From NCBI GenBank assembly GCA_001001045.1, contig LCIL01000005.1, forward strand, positions 21,409 to 85,408: 64,000 bases of DNA, read 5' to 3'. The stretch comes from Candidatus Woesebacteria bacterium GW2011_GWA1_44_23 (lineage in GTDB: Bacteria; Patescibacteriota; Microgenomatia; UBA8517). The position numbers and the translations under genes were made by a program. Positions 18,926 to 28,009 of the stretch are shown one piece after another (positions within the stretch are counted from its first letter, which is position 1; each line of letters opens with the position of its first letter). A model generated the notes under the pieces. The model was not told where the DNA came from. It saw only the letters and a list, made by a program, of their open reading frames with translations, and did not search any database.

Positions 18926-21900
18926 ATGATCAAAGGAACAAGCGGAACACTTAGTGCAATTACGGGGACAGCCGGATATGTAACTTACTGGAGTGATGCC
19001 AATACCATCGCAGCGGAACAATTTGTGACCACAGCCCAAGGAGGCTTGGGAGCAAATGTAACGGCAGGAGGTATAGGAGAAATCCTTTACTCAACAGGAA
19101 CAACCACGTATGACTCCTTAACTGCGGGGACTAGCGGATACATCCTTAAAGCAGCAGGAGCGGCTGCTCCTGCCTGGACGGCGCCTGCTGCTTTGACCAA
19201 GACGGATGACACCAATGTTACCGCCACTCTCGGGGGAAGCGCTTCCACCGCTTTGGTCAATGCTGCCTCCATTACCCTGGGCTGGACGGGACAGCTTTCC
19301 TTGGCCAGGGGCGGAACAAATAAAGCAATGACAGCATCAGCCGGAAGTGTTGCCTACTCCGATGCCGATTCACTGGAACTAGGGGTGGGAACTTCCGGAT
19401 ACGTACTTACCTCAGCAGGAACGGGAACTCCTACTTGGACCAATCCTGCAACACTCGGAACCAATCACTGGCAGCTTGCAAATAACATCCTGGCACCTAT
19501 TAATGTAACCAATGATCTTGCTATTGGGGGAAACTCTACAGCTTCTGCAAAATTCCAGGTGATGGGAACAACAGGCAATATCTCAACAGCCAACAATACC
19601 GTTGACTGGACACTAAACTCTGCAGTTGATGCACTAAATATTGATACCAATACACTTTCAGTAGATGCATTAAATAACAGAGTAGGGATTGGGACAACCA
19701 ATCCTTCTTCAAAAGTGGAGATCTCCGATGGAACAGACTCATTACAAATAGCCGCAAATGGCGATCTTACCTTTGTTGATGCTGACAGCTTTGCGCAAAT
19801 CATAGGACCTAACGGGGGCGGTCTCTATATCAGCTCAGGGACAAGTCAGGATATAGACCTTAATGCCGGCTCAAACAGAATCTATGTTAACGAGGGTCAA
19901 TTAGAATTTAATGCTTCAAGCAGCGATGCTATTTTAGATATTAATAAAAATGGAACAAGTCTACTAAGAATTGAGAATGAATGGGGTGGACAGGTTGCCA
20001 ATATGTATGTGGAGGGCCGCGTCGGTATTGGCACGACTGCTCCTACCGCAGAACTTGATGTTGCCGGTACCGCTTCTGTCTCTGCACTAACCATACGCGG
20101 CGCGTCTCCCGGCTATATAAACCAAGTCAACGGAAACAGCCTAATATTCCGCACGTCTCCCGGAGGAGATACGGGACTTACCGAAAAAATGACTCTCACC
20201 AACGCAGGCTACCTTGGAATCGGAACAACGTCTCCAAATACTAGTCTTCAGGTTGGATCGGGAACGAGCAATCACTCGCTAAGTGCTAATGACACCCTTC
20301 TAACCGCCGATCTTGAACTGGATGGAACAATGTATCTTGATGGCGGACAGATAGCCAATTCGGCCGGAACGGTGTCATTTAGCCTTTCCGCCACACCTGC
20401 AACTTCTTACAACTATCTTTCGTCCAGCAGTTGGCTTATTGATAATCCTGTCAATGTAGGCCAGGCTGCCCTGATGGTAAATCAAGGGAAAGGAGGAGAC
20501 ATTTTTACAGCCTCCGCTTCGGGATCTACTAAGTTTGTCATCAAGAACGATGGCAAAGTCGGGATTGGGACAACAGATCCTCAGGCAATTACACATATAA
20601 AAAACATGAATAACACGCAAGAGATGACAATTCTCCAAATCGATCCTGGTACTTTCACTACGGCAGGCACCTTCTCTGGCATAGTGGCAGATTTCAGTAG
20701 TATTACCCGAAGCGATAGCGACGCCATTGTTTATGGTATCTTTTTAAACAGTCCAACGGCAGGAGGCACCCCGCTCGATACGGTATACGGATTGTACATT
20801 GCAGGGACCAACTGGAATTACGGGATCGTGTCCGAAGACGATGTCTGGTTTCTATCCAACACAACTATCGGGGACGCCAGCGGTGATGCGGTTACGGTAA
20901 ATAGCGCCGGTTGGACTTTCAGCAATGATACCAACTTTTCTCTTTCCGGTGGGGTCAACGGACTGTCTTTCGATACAAGTACTCTGTCAATTGATGCAAC
21001 TAATGATCGAGTCGGCATTGGAACAACCAGCCCCAATGCCAAATTGGAAGTAACCGGAGATGTTTACCTGAGTAACGGTGCAACCCGGAATATAAAAATC
21101 CCAGCGAATATTGATGCTAACGGCAACGATCTTTATATCATGGCCGGAAGCGGAACCTCGACCGGGCCTGGCAATTATAACGGAGGGGATCTCTATCTTG
21201 ATGCCGGCAGTGGTATCAATGCCGGAGTCCCGGGGGATATTCTGCTTCAAACCACGAGCGGTAATGTCGGTATCGGTTTGACAAACCCCAGCCAGGCTCT
21301 TCAGGTTACAGGTAGTATTAATACCAGCGTCCAGTTCCTGGGTCAATCGGCAGATACCGTCTCTGCTCCGGCTTTCTCATGGACCGGTAATACGACTACC
21401 GGAATATATCGTCCTGCCGCCAGCCAAATTGCTCTTACCCTTGGAGGAACCCAAAGAGCTCTTTTCACCGCCACAGCCGTTACCCTTACCGGCCAGACAA
21501 CCCTTACCGCCTCATCACTGTCTACTCTCACCACATCCGCCACACTTAGTTTGGGTGGTGCCACAACTTTGACCTTTACTTCAGACAATGCCACCATCAA
21601 TGGTTCTGATGTTGCAGACGGCGATCTGACTCTTCAAGGAACATCCAACGCGACAAGGACAACAAGTTACGTTCTGCTTCAACCCACAGCCGGATACGTC
21701 GGCATTGGCACGACAGCACCTGTAACCCTGCTACATATACCCAGCACAGCCGATGGAGGTTTGAGCACTCATGGCTCTGAGGTATTAGGCCCGGTATCTG
21801 GAATAAATATGATGATGGATTCTAACGAAATCATGGTAAGAAACAATGGTGTCGCTTCAGCGCTGTATTTAAATCATGAGGGTGGGACTGTCAATATAAG

Positions 21901-23980
21901 CCAGTCAACTGCAGGTATCTTTTCAGTTAACACTAATGGACTTTATGTTAATGCAAGCAATAGTGTCGGCATTGGAACAACGGCACCCGGGGAGGAGCTT
22001 GATATAGCAGGACAAATCCAATTTAACTTGGATGGCGCCGCGGGAGATAATACGATTGGTGTTTGTAAAAGCGTGGCTGACAGCACGGGGGTAGAAGCCG
22101 ACGTTGAATTCCGAGACTGCAGCGGTACTCCGGGTGATATTGCGGAATATTATGCGGCGGAGGCCGACTTACATCCCGGAGACATTGTATCTATTACATA
22201 CATTGACAACAAACCCACGTTGATCAAAACAAACACTTCCTATGACAAGAATGTATTTGGAGTTGTATCTACCTATCCTGTCGGACAACACGGAAAACCG
22301 TTAAGTTCCGGTCTCTATTCTGCAGATGAATATCCAACAGCCATAGGTCTTGCAGGAAAAGTGCCGGTTAAAATCAGCGCAGAAAACGGACCTGTGGCAC
22401 CGGGTGATCCACTCGTATCGTCCTCCATTCCCGGCGTTGCCATGAAAGCTGGAAAAGCAGGCAAGATCATCGGTTATGCAATTGAACCGTATGACGGATC
22501 AACAACGGTCAGTAACGAGGTCAGGGTGCAGGAGTCTATGCGTAGCGGCGCAACCATGAAGTTCAATCTTGACCCACAAGACCCGACAGAGCCCGGAGTC
22601 GGCAAAATTCTGATGGCAGTCAACAATTCCACATATGATCCGGATATTTACCTTACCGATTCCGGCAATCTGAACGTTACCGTTGATCAAAACGGAAACT
22701 ACGAACTTACCGATACCACGACAGGAAACATAATCGACAGGGTTGGTGCATTTGCCGAAACGGTAGCCGCAACGGTGAGGGCAGGAGCAATTGTAACTTC
22801 CGATTTTGTTACCGAAAACCTGACCGCAGAAGTTGCCAACATAGCAAGTGTTGTTGCCCAAAACATTCAGGCAGGTGTGGTTGTAACTCAAGACCTGGCT
22901 ACAACTTCATTTACGGCTTTCCAGGGGACGGTTGACAATATGCTGATAAGTACGGGTTTGGTAGCCCAAAATGTACAAACGGATCTTATCTCTCCCCTTG
23001 CCGATTCTACTGACGTAAAAGTACAAGTGGGATCAAGCGCAACACCCTCCGGAAAGTTCATTGTCCAAGATACCGAAGGAAGTGCTGTGGCTTCAATCGA
23101 CAACGAAGGGAACGCCACATTCTCCGGAACTCTATATGCGGGAGCGATTGAGTCTCAGAGCCTGGATGACATTAAAGCCCTTTTGACCAGTGTCCAGACG
23201 GATCAGAATCTTTTGAAGGATGCTGCAAACTGGAATACTTTAACTGCAACAAACTCTGCAAGTCTTGATCAAATAGCGGTTGCCGATCTTTATGTAACCA
23301 ATCAAGCGGCCATTAATTCTCTCTCCGTAACCAATAGTGTAACAATAGGTTCCGATATGGTATTTAGTTCAACGCTCAACGACCAGTCATTGGCCGTCAA
23401 CAGCATCGATACGCTTTCCGCCCCCCTTAAGATTCAGGCTCTTGCCATGGCTCCTGTAGAAATCATGGCGGGCTTAGTCACAATTGATACTCACGGAAAT
23501 GTAAATATCAGCGGGAATCTTTATGTTGCCGGCCGGGTTAAGGCTTCCGGATTGACTTTGTCGGAAACCGATGTCCCGGAGAATGCTACAGCTTCAGCTC
23601 TTCTTACTCTTCAAAACCTGGCCGGGAGCGAGGTTGCCTCGGTTAATGCATCCGGCTCGGCCCAATTCGGATCAATCTCCACTCCCCAACTTGTTATTGC
23701 GGGGGCTGATGCAACGCAATCGGGTACTATTATAAACGGGGTTATTTCTACAAACTCAACCGTCGGGCAGGCGGTTATCCCGGCGGGAACCAGTGAAATT
23801 ACGATTAAAAATCCTAAAGTTACGGACTACACTTTGGTCTACGTAACTCCAACCTCTTCGACGGAAAACAACGTACTATATGTAAAGAGTAAACAGGGAG
23901 GTCAGTTTGTTGTTGGGTTTGCAAACCCAATAAATGTTGACGTCAGCTTTAACTGGTGGATAGTTCAAGTGAGCCAATGA
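18926..23980 (+). CDS. giant surface protein, part 2 (1684 aa; frame open from 18836): tail-fibre-like repeats and a distinct C-terminal region
   Basis: Same GIGTT repeat family. The frame continues upstream to 18836, which points to a single frameshift relative to part 1. C-terminal region GDIAEYYAAEADLHPGDIVSI...VFGVVSTYPVG. Confidence 0.7.
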   Translation: MIKGTSGTLSAITGTAGYVTYWSDANTIAAEQFVTTAQGGLGANVTAGGIGEILYSTGTTTYDSLTAGTSGYILKAAGAAAPAWTAPAALTKTDDTNVTATLGGSASTALVNAASITLGWTGQLSLARGGTNKAMTASAGSVAYSDADSLELGVGTSGYVLTSAGTGTPTWTNPATLGTNHWQLANNILAPINVTNDLAIGGNSTASAKFQVMGTTGNISTANNTVDWTLNSAVDALNIDTNTLSVDALNNRVGIGTTNPSSKVEISDGTDSLQIAANGDLTFVDADSFAQIIGPNGGGLYISSGTSQDIDLNAGSNRIYVNEGQLEFNASSSDAILDINKNGTSLLRIENEWGGQVANMYVEGRVGIGTTAPTAELDVAGTASVSALTIRGASPGYINQVNGNSLIFRTSPGGDTGLTEKMTLTNAGYLGIGTTSPNTSLQVGSGTSNHSLSANDTLLTADLELDGTMYLDGGQIANSAGTVSFSLSATPATSYNYLSSSSWLIDNPVNVGQAALMVNQGKGGDIFTASASGSTKFVIKNDGKVGIGTTDPQAITHIKNMNNTQEMTILQIDPGTFTTAGTFSGIVADFSSITRSDSDAIVYGIFLNSPTAGGTPLDTVYGLYIAGTNWNYGIVSEDDVWFLSNTTIGDASGDAVTVNSAGWTFSNDTNFSLSGGVNGLSFDTSTLSIDATNDRVGIGTTSPNAKLEVTGDVYLSNGATRNIKIPANIDANGNDLYIMAGSGTSTGPGNYNGGDLYLDAGSGINAGVPGDILLQTTSGNVGIGLTNPSQALQVTGSINTSVQFLGQSADTVSAPAFSWTGNTTTGIYRPAASQIALTLGGTQRALFTATAVTLTGQTTLTASSLSTLTTSATLSLGGATTLTFTSDNATINGSDVADGDLTLQGTSNATRTTSYVLLQPTAGYVGIGTTAPVTLLHIPSTADGGLSTHGSEVLGPVSGINMMMDSNEIMVRNNGVASALYLNHEGGTVNISQSTAGIFSVNTNGLYVNASNSVGIGTTAPGEELDIAGQIQFNLDGAAGDNTIGVCKSVADSTGVEADVEFRDCSGTPGDIAEYYAAEADLHPGDIVSITYIDNKPTLIKTNTSYDKNVFGVVSTYPVGQHGKPLSSGLYSADEYPTAIGLAGKVPVKISAENGPVAPGDPLVSSSIPGVAMKAGKAGKIIGYAIEPYDGSTTVSNEVRVQESMRSGATMKFNLDPQDPTEPGVGKILMAVNNSTYDPDIYLTDSGNLNVTVDQNGNYELTDTTTGNIIDRVGAFAETVAATVRAGAIVTSDFVTENLTAEVANIASVVAQNIQAGVVVTQDLATTSFTAFQGTVDNMLISTGLVAQNVQTDLISPLADSTDVKVQVGSSATPSGKFIVQDTEGSAVASIDNEGNATFSGTLYAGAIESQSLDDIKALLTSVQTDQNLLKDAANWNTLTATNSASLDQIAVADLYVTNQAAINSLSVTNSVTIGSDMVFSSTLNDQSLAVNSIDTLSAPLKIQALAMAPVEIMAGLVTIDTHGNVNISGNLYVAGRVKASGLTLSETDVPENATASALLTLQNLAGSEVASVNASGSAQFGSISTPQLVIAGADATQSGTIINGVISTNSTVGQAVIPAGTSEITIKNPKVTDYTLVYVTPTSSTENNVLYVKSKQGGQFVVGFANPINVDVSFNWWIVQVSQ

Positions 23981-24171
23981 TTTTATGGACATAAAAGGAA
24001 TACCTACTGATAAAAAGACATTAGCCATATTCGGCATATTACTTTTACTAGAAGGAGCCATTCTTAAAGGTCTGATTTTACAATGATAGCAAACCATATC
24101 AATATATATATATTTATATATCGTGAAATATTTTGATGTGAAAAGAAACAATTTGTTCTAAAAATGGGGTA

Positions 24172-24198
24172 TTGACAACGCCTAAAAAATGCTAAATA
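24172..24198 (+). promoter_or_regulatory. candidate promoter for the Wzy_C/TPR gene
   Basis: TTGACA at 24172-24177 and TAAATA about 15 nt downstream, in an AT-rich 240-nt spacer. Confidence 0.25.
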
Positions 24199-24220
24199 CT
24201 CATATGTACAAATAAAAAAA

Positions 24221-26149
24221 ATGGAAATAACCAAGCTCATCCGAAATATCGAAAAATACATCTTGGTAGCACTGGCGGGTTTATTTGCTTTATTTGTTTT
24301 TCCGAAATTTGCCTCCCCCTTCGTTGTCCCTAAGGAAATTTTTGGGGCCGTTGCCGTATCGACAGTGTTGGTTCTTTGGTCGGTGAGATCGATTATTAAA
24401 AGAGAGTCGACTTTTTCTGTCGGAAAGTTTGATCTTGGAGTACTTTTGATAGCACTTGCCTATGTTGTTGCGGCGGTAGTTAAAACTCCGAACAAAATGG
24501 AGGCATTTTTCTTCCCCGGTACCGTAACTTTTGTCATTATTTCTGCTATATTCTATTTTCTGGTCAACCAGTTCGGCAGAAGGACAAAGAACCTGATTTT
24601 AATTGCGCTTTTCGGCTCGGGAATCCTTCTTACGATCTCAATTCTTTTTACGCAGCTTGGGCTTTTTGCCAAAATTCCCCAGCTTCCGGATTTTATGAAA
24701 AACTCTTCTTTCAATCCCGTAGGCGGAGCGCTGCCTTCGGCTCTTTACCTGGTAACCTTACTTCCCGTTGGTATTGCCCTGGTTATTAAGGAGAAGGACT
24801 TGGCCAAAAGGTTATTTTACGGGGTTGCGTCTGTTGTTATCTTTTTTGGAGCAGCTCTTCTTACCATTAACCTTCTTCCCGGAAAGCCCCAAGCCTTGAT
24901 TTTTCCCAGCCTGCTGACCACCTGGGCGATAGTTATTGAGACCTTGAAGACAAGCCCAGTCTGGGGAATGGGCCCTGATAACTATGTTACCGCTTTTAAC
25001 TTGTTTAGGCCCATTTCCTACAATCAAACTGCTCTTTGGGCCGCCAGATATGCCACCGCGAATAACTACTATTTTACTTTGATTACCGAGGTTGGTTTTG
25101 CCGGACTTGCAGCCATCTCGGTACTTCTTATCGGTATTTATAGGGCGGTAGTGGCGGGCTTTAAACAGAAAAACTGGGAGATTGCTTCTTTGGCTCTGCT
25201 GGTTGTGCTTTTTGCGATATTTCCATCCGCTCCGGTTCTCTTTTTCCTTTTGATGGCTCTTCTGGCGGTTTTCTCGAAATCGGAGGAGAAATCCGTAAGT
25301 TTGGCTACCAATAGGGTCCCGACTGCCATTGTTGCAGCTCCGATACTTATTGGGGTTGTTGCTTTGGCAATTTTTGGTACAAGGGCCGTGATGGCGGAAG
25401 TAACTTACAAGAAGTCTTTGGATGCATTGGGCAGCAACAACGCCAAGGATACCTATACGCTAATGGCTCAGGCGATAACCCAGAGCCCATATGTGGATCG
25501 GTACCACGCTTCCCTGGCGCAGGTAGAGATGGCCATTGCTTCGTCAATCGCCAACAACAAGGATTTGACGGAAGAAGACCGTCAAACTATAACACAACTG
25601 ATCAGTCAGGCTATAAATGAGGGCAAGGCGACCGTGACCCTTAATCAGGGAAGGTCGGCCAATTGGGAGCTTCTTGCCCAGATCTATCAGAACATTATGT
25701 CCTTTGCCGAAGGGGCCGATCAGTTCGCCATTGATACATACACGCAGGCGGTTGCGCTTGATCCGATAAACCCCAACCTGAGAATCGGACTCGGTGGAGT
25801 GTATTACGCACTCGGCAGATACGATGACGCGATTGATATCTTTAAGCTTGCAGCTTTGGCAAAGCCCGATTTGGCCAACTCCCATTATAATCTGGCCATA
25901 GCCTATGGAGAGAAGAAAAACTATGACAGTGCAATTGCCGAGATGAACACGGTCTTGACCCTTGTGGCCAAAGATTCACCCGACTACACCTTGGCCAAAA
26001 ATACTCTGGATGCCTTGGAGAAAGCCAGACCCGCAACGCCCGCCGCAGCCGGATCTGAAAATCTGACCCCTCCCCAAAAGCAGGAAACAGTCATAGAGCC
26101 TCCCATAGAACTTCCGGAAGAGGCTACTCCCCCCGCAGCCACACCGTAA
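24221..26149 (+). CDS. O-antigen ligase (Wzy_C)-domain polytopic membrane protein with C-terminal TPR repeats; candidate protein O-oligosaccharyltransferase
   Basis: Ten or more TM helices. WGMGPDNYVTAFNLF...ANNYYFTLITEVGFAGL resembles the Wzy_C/WaaL/PglL motif. C-terminal TPR repeats ...LGRYDDAIDIFKLAALAKPDLANSHYNLAIAYGEKKNYDSAI. Confidence 0.65.
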   Translation: MEITKLIRNIEKYILVALAGLFALFVFPKFASPFVVPKEIFGAVAVSTVLVLWSVRSIIKRESTFSVGKFDLGVLLIALAYVVAAVVKTPNKMEAFFFPGTVTFVIISAIFYFLVNQFGRRTKNLILIALFGSGILLTISILFTQLGLFAKIPQLPDFMKNSSFNPVGGALPSALYLVTLLPVGIALVIKEKDLAKRLFYGVASVVIFFGAALLTINLLPGKPQALIFPSLLTTWAIVIETLKTSPVWGMGPDNYVTAFNLFRPISYNQTALWAARYATANNYYFTLITEVGFAGLAAISVLLIGIYRAVVAGFKQKNWEIASLALLVVLFAIFPSAPVLFFLLMALLAVFSKSEEKSVSLATNRVPTAIVAAPILIGVVALAIFGTRAVMAEVTYKKSLDALGSNNAKDTYTLMAQAITQSPYVDRYHASLAQVEMAIASSIANNKDLTEEDRQTITQLISQAINEGKATVTLNQGRSANWELLAQIYQNIMSFAEGADQFAIDTYTQAVALDPINPNLRIGLGGVYYALGRYDDAIDIFKLAALAKPDLANSHYNLAIAYGEKKNYDSAIAEMNTVLTLVAKDSPDYTLAKNTLDALEKARPATPAAAGSENLTPPQKQETVIEPPIELPEEATPPAATP

Positions 26150-26256
26150 AGGGTACTCCTTGCAAGTTCTTCGGATACAAAAGTTACCTGAAAACCCTGT
26201 TTTAGCCTCAATAAATGCCCCTTGCAAAGTCTCTTCTTACAAGGTAGTTTTAGATT

Positions 26257-27417
26257 ATGCCTGCCAAACTGCTTAGAAGGGTGGCTGAAGAAGGTACGTT
26301 CAGTCATATATATAATAACGGGGTTGAAAATATAGCCATCTTCAAGGACCGGCAAGACTTTGAAGTCTTTCTGGGTTTTTTGAAAGATTACCTATCTCCG
26401 GTCAGTTCCGAAGTTCCCAAAAAAGAATTCACTATTGAAGGCCGCTCTTTCCGGGGCACTCCCCGCCAACCTAAAAATTACCTGGGCAGAGTCGAGCTTA
26501 TCGCCTACCGGCTCACCCCTACCCATTTCCACCTCATCCTGCATCAGAATACCCCGGACTCGCTTGGGAATTTCATCAGGTCCCTCTGCACCAGATACTC
26601 GATATATTTTAATAAAAAATATTCCCATTCCGGAGCTTTATTCAACGGCCCCTACAAATCAGTTTATATCAAGGGTATATCCCAGCTTTTGCACTTCACC
26701 CGGTATCTCCACCGCAGTCCAGATAATGGTGAAGACCCTGTCAAAATATATACATCATACCCAGAGTATATCGGTCAAAGACAATCTTCATGGGTAAAGA
26801 CGAACGCGGTGCTTTCGGTCAAAGGAGTAGACGAGTACAAGGATTTTGTAGAAAAATATCAGCTTAACCAAGAAGAAAGAGATATTCTCGAAGGTGTTCC
26901 TTTTGATGTCAAAGCCCCGCACAAGGAAGAAGTCCTTTATGCACCCGACACCGTTTCCGCTTCTTCCCATGGGACACCTGAACTTTCCCACAAGGCACCG
27001 CCTACTGATTTAAAACCCCGGCCCCGTATTTTCGAGTACGGACTGGCAATGGGGGTTTTTATTGTACTTCTGAGCTTTGGGTTAAATAATGTCCGTGTTT
27101 CTCAGGCAAGATATTCAACAAACTCTCCGGTTCTTTCCGAATCAACAAGCATTATGCCCTCCCCGACCGCTGCCTTACCACCCACCGGTTCTCCCGAACC
27201 AAAAATAATGGTAACAGTTAAAACTGCTGATGCCTCGGTAAGTGCCAATATCCGCAAGGAGCCGAGTTTTCAGGCGGAAATAATCGGTATGGCCAAAAAC
27301 GGTGAAGTTTTTGAATCCGTGTCGATAGGCCCGGAGTGGAATGAGATCAAACTAAATGACGGTTCAATAGGATTTATATTATCAAAACTGGTACTAATAG
27401 ATCAAACTAATATCTAA
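26257..27417 (+). CDS. IS200-like Y1 (HUH) transposase domain fused to TM helix and C-terminal SH3b domain (copy 1, HuH intact)
   Basis: NIAIFKDRQDFEVFLGFL...VELIAYRLTPTHFHLILHQ...RYSIYFNKKYSHSGALFNGPYKS...RYLHRSP...YTSYPEY; TM helix GLAMGVFIVLLSFGL; SH3b ANIRKEPSFQAEIIGMAKNGEVFESVSIGPEWNEIKLNDGSIGFI. Confidence 0.7.
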   Translation: MPAKLLRRVAEEGTFSHIYNNGVENIAIFKDRQDFEVFLGFLKDYLSPVSSEVPKKEFTIEGRSFRGTPRQPKNYLGRVELIAYRLTPTHFHLILHQNTPDSLGNFIRSLCTRYSIYFNKKYSHSGALFNGPYKSVYIKGISQLLHFTRYLHRSPDNGEDPVKIYTSYPEYIGQRQSSWVKTNAVLSVKGVDEYKDFVEKYQLNQEERDILEGVPFDVKAPHKEEVLYAPDTVSASSHGTPELSHKAPPTDLKPRPRIFEYGLAMGVFIVLLSFGLNNVRVSQARYSTNSPVLSESTSIMPSPTAALPPTGSPEPKIMVTVKTADASVSANIRKEPSFQAEIIGMAKNGEVFESVSIGPEWNEIKLNDGSIGFILSKLVLIDQTNI

Positions 27418-27418
27418 T

Positions 27419-28009
27419 ATGCGCAAGATTTTAACATATATCGGCTTTGTAATCGCATGTGTTTTGGTTTCTCTGCTTTTTGTAACCGCCACTACATATA
27501 TTCAGTTAGCCGTTGCTGTCATCCTCTACCCCATCGTTGCCTATTTTGTAATGAAGATCCTCCCCCGCAAGACTAGAGTGGTCCCGGCAGTCGCGGTACA
27601 GACAGCGGGAACACAGGAGGAGGTTGCCGATTTTGACAGACGTACATTTCTCAAACTTGTGGGGGCAACAGGAATTTTCTTTTTTGTGTCCTCGCTTTTC
27701 GGTAAATGGGCCGGTGCTTTGCCGTTTGGCAAATCCTTGGGGTTGGGAGGCAATAGCATACAGGGGAATTCCGCCACCCCCGGAGCCGGCAACCCAGGAT
27801 CTTTGACTGCAAATGGCTACCAAATTTCCGAGATCGATGACGGCGCAATTACGTTTTACGGATTTACCAATGTTGACGGATCCTGGCTAATCATGAAGGA
27901 AGACACCGAAACAAGTTCTTTCCGCTATGCAAAAGGAAGCTCGGGATTTCCCGCAAGTTGGGATAACCGGCAAAATCTCAAGTACGACTACTACTATAAT
28001 CTCTTCTGA
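27419..28009 (+). CDS. membrane protein with internal twin-arginine-like motif (DRRTFLKLVGATG) and conserved C-terminal domain; partner of the Y1-TM-SH3b gene (copy 1)
   Basis: The start lies 1 nt after the upstream stop. Two N-terminal TM helices, then RRTFLK plus a hydrophobic stretch. C-terminus YGFTNVDGSWLIMKEDTETSSFRYAKG...YDYYYNLF is conserved with the 43904..44572 product. Confidence 0.6.
   Translation: MRKILTYIGFVIACVLVSLLFVTATTYIQLAVAVILYPIVAYFVMKILPRKTRVVPAVAVQTAGTQEEVADFDRRTFLKLVGATGIFFFVSSLFGKWAGALPFGKSLGLGGNSIQGNSATPGAGNPGSLTANGYQISEIDDGAITFYGFTNVDGSWLIMKEDTETSSFRYAKGSSGFPASWDNRQNLKYDYYYNLF

Noticed and set aside
26257-27417. Considered calling the Y1-like genes active IS200/IS605 insertion sequences (mobile_element).
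   Set aside because: There are no subterminal hairpins or inverted repeats and no tnpB. The genes are 2.5 times the normal TnpA length, with TM and SH3b extensions. Copy 2 has lost HuH. They are more consistent with domestication.
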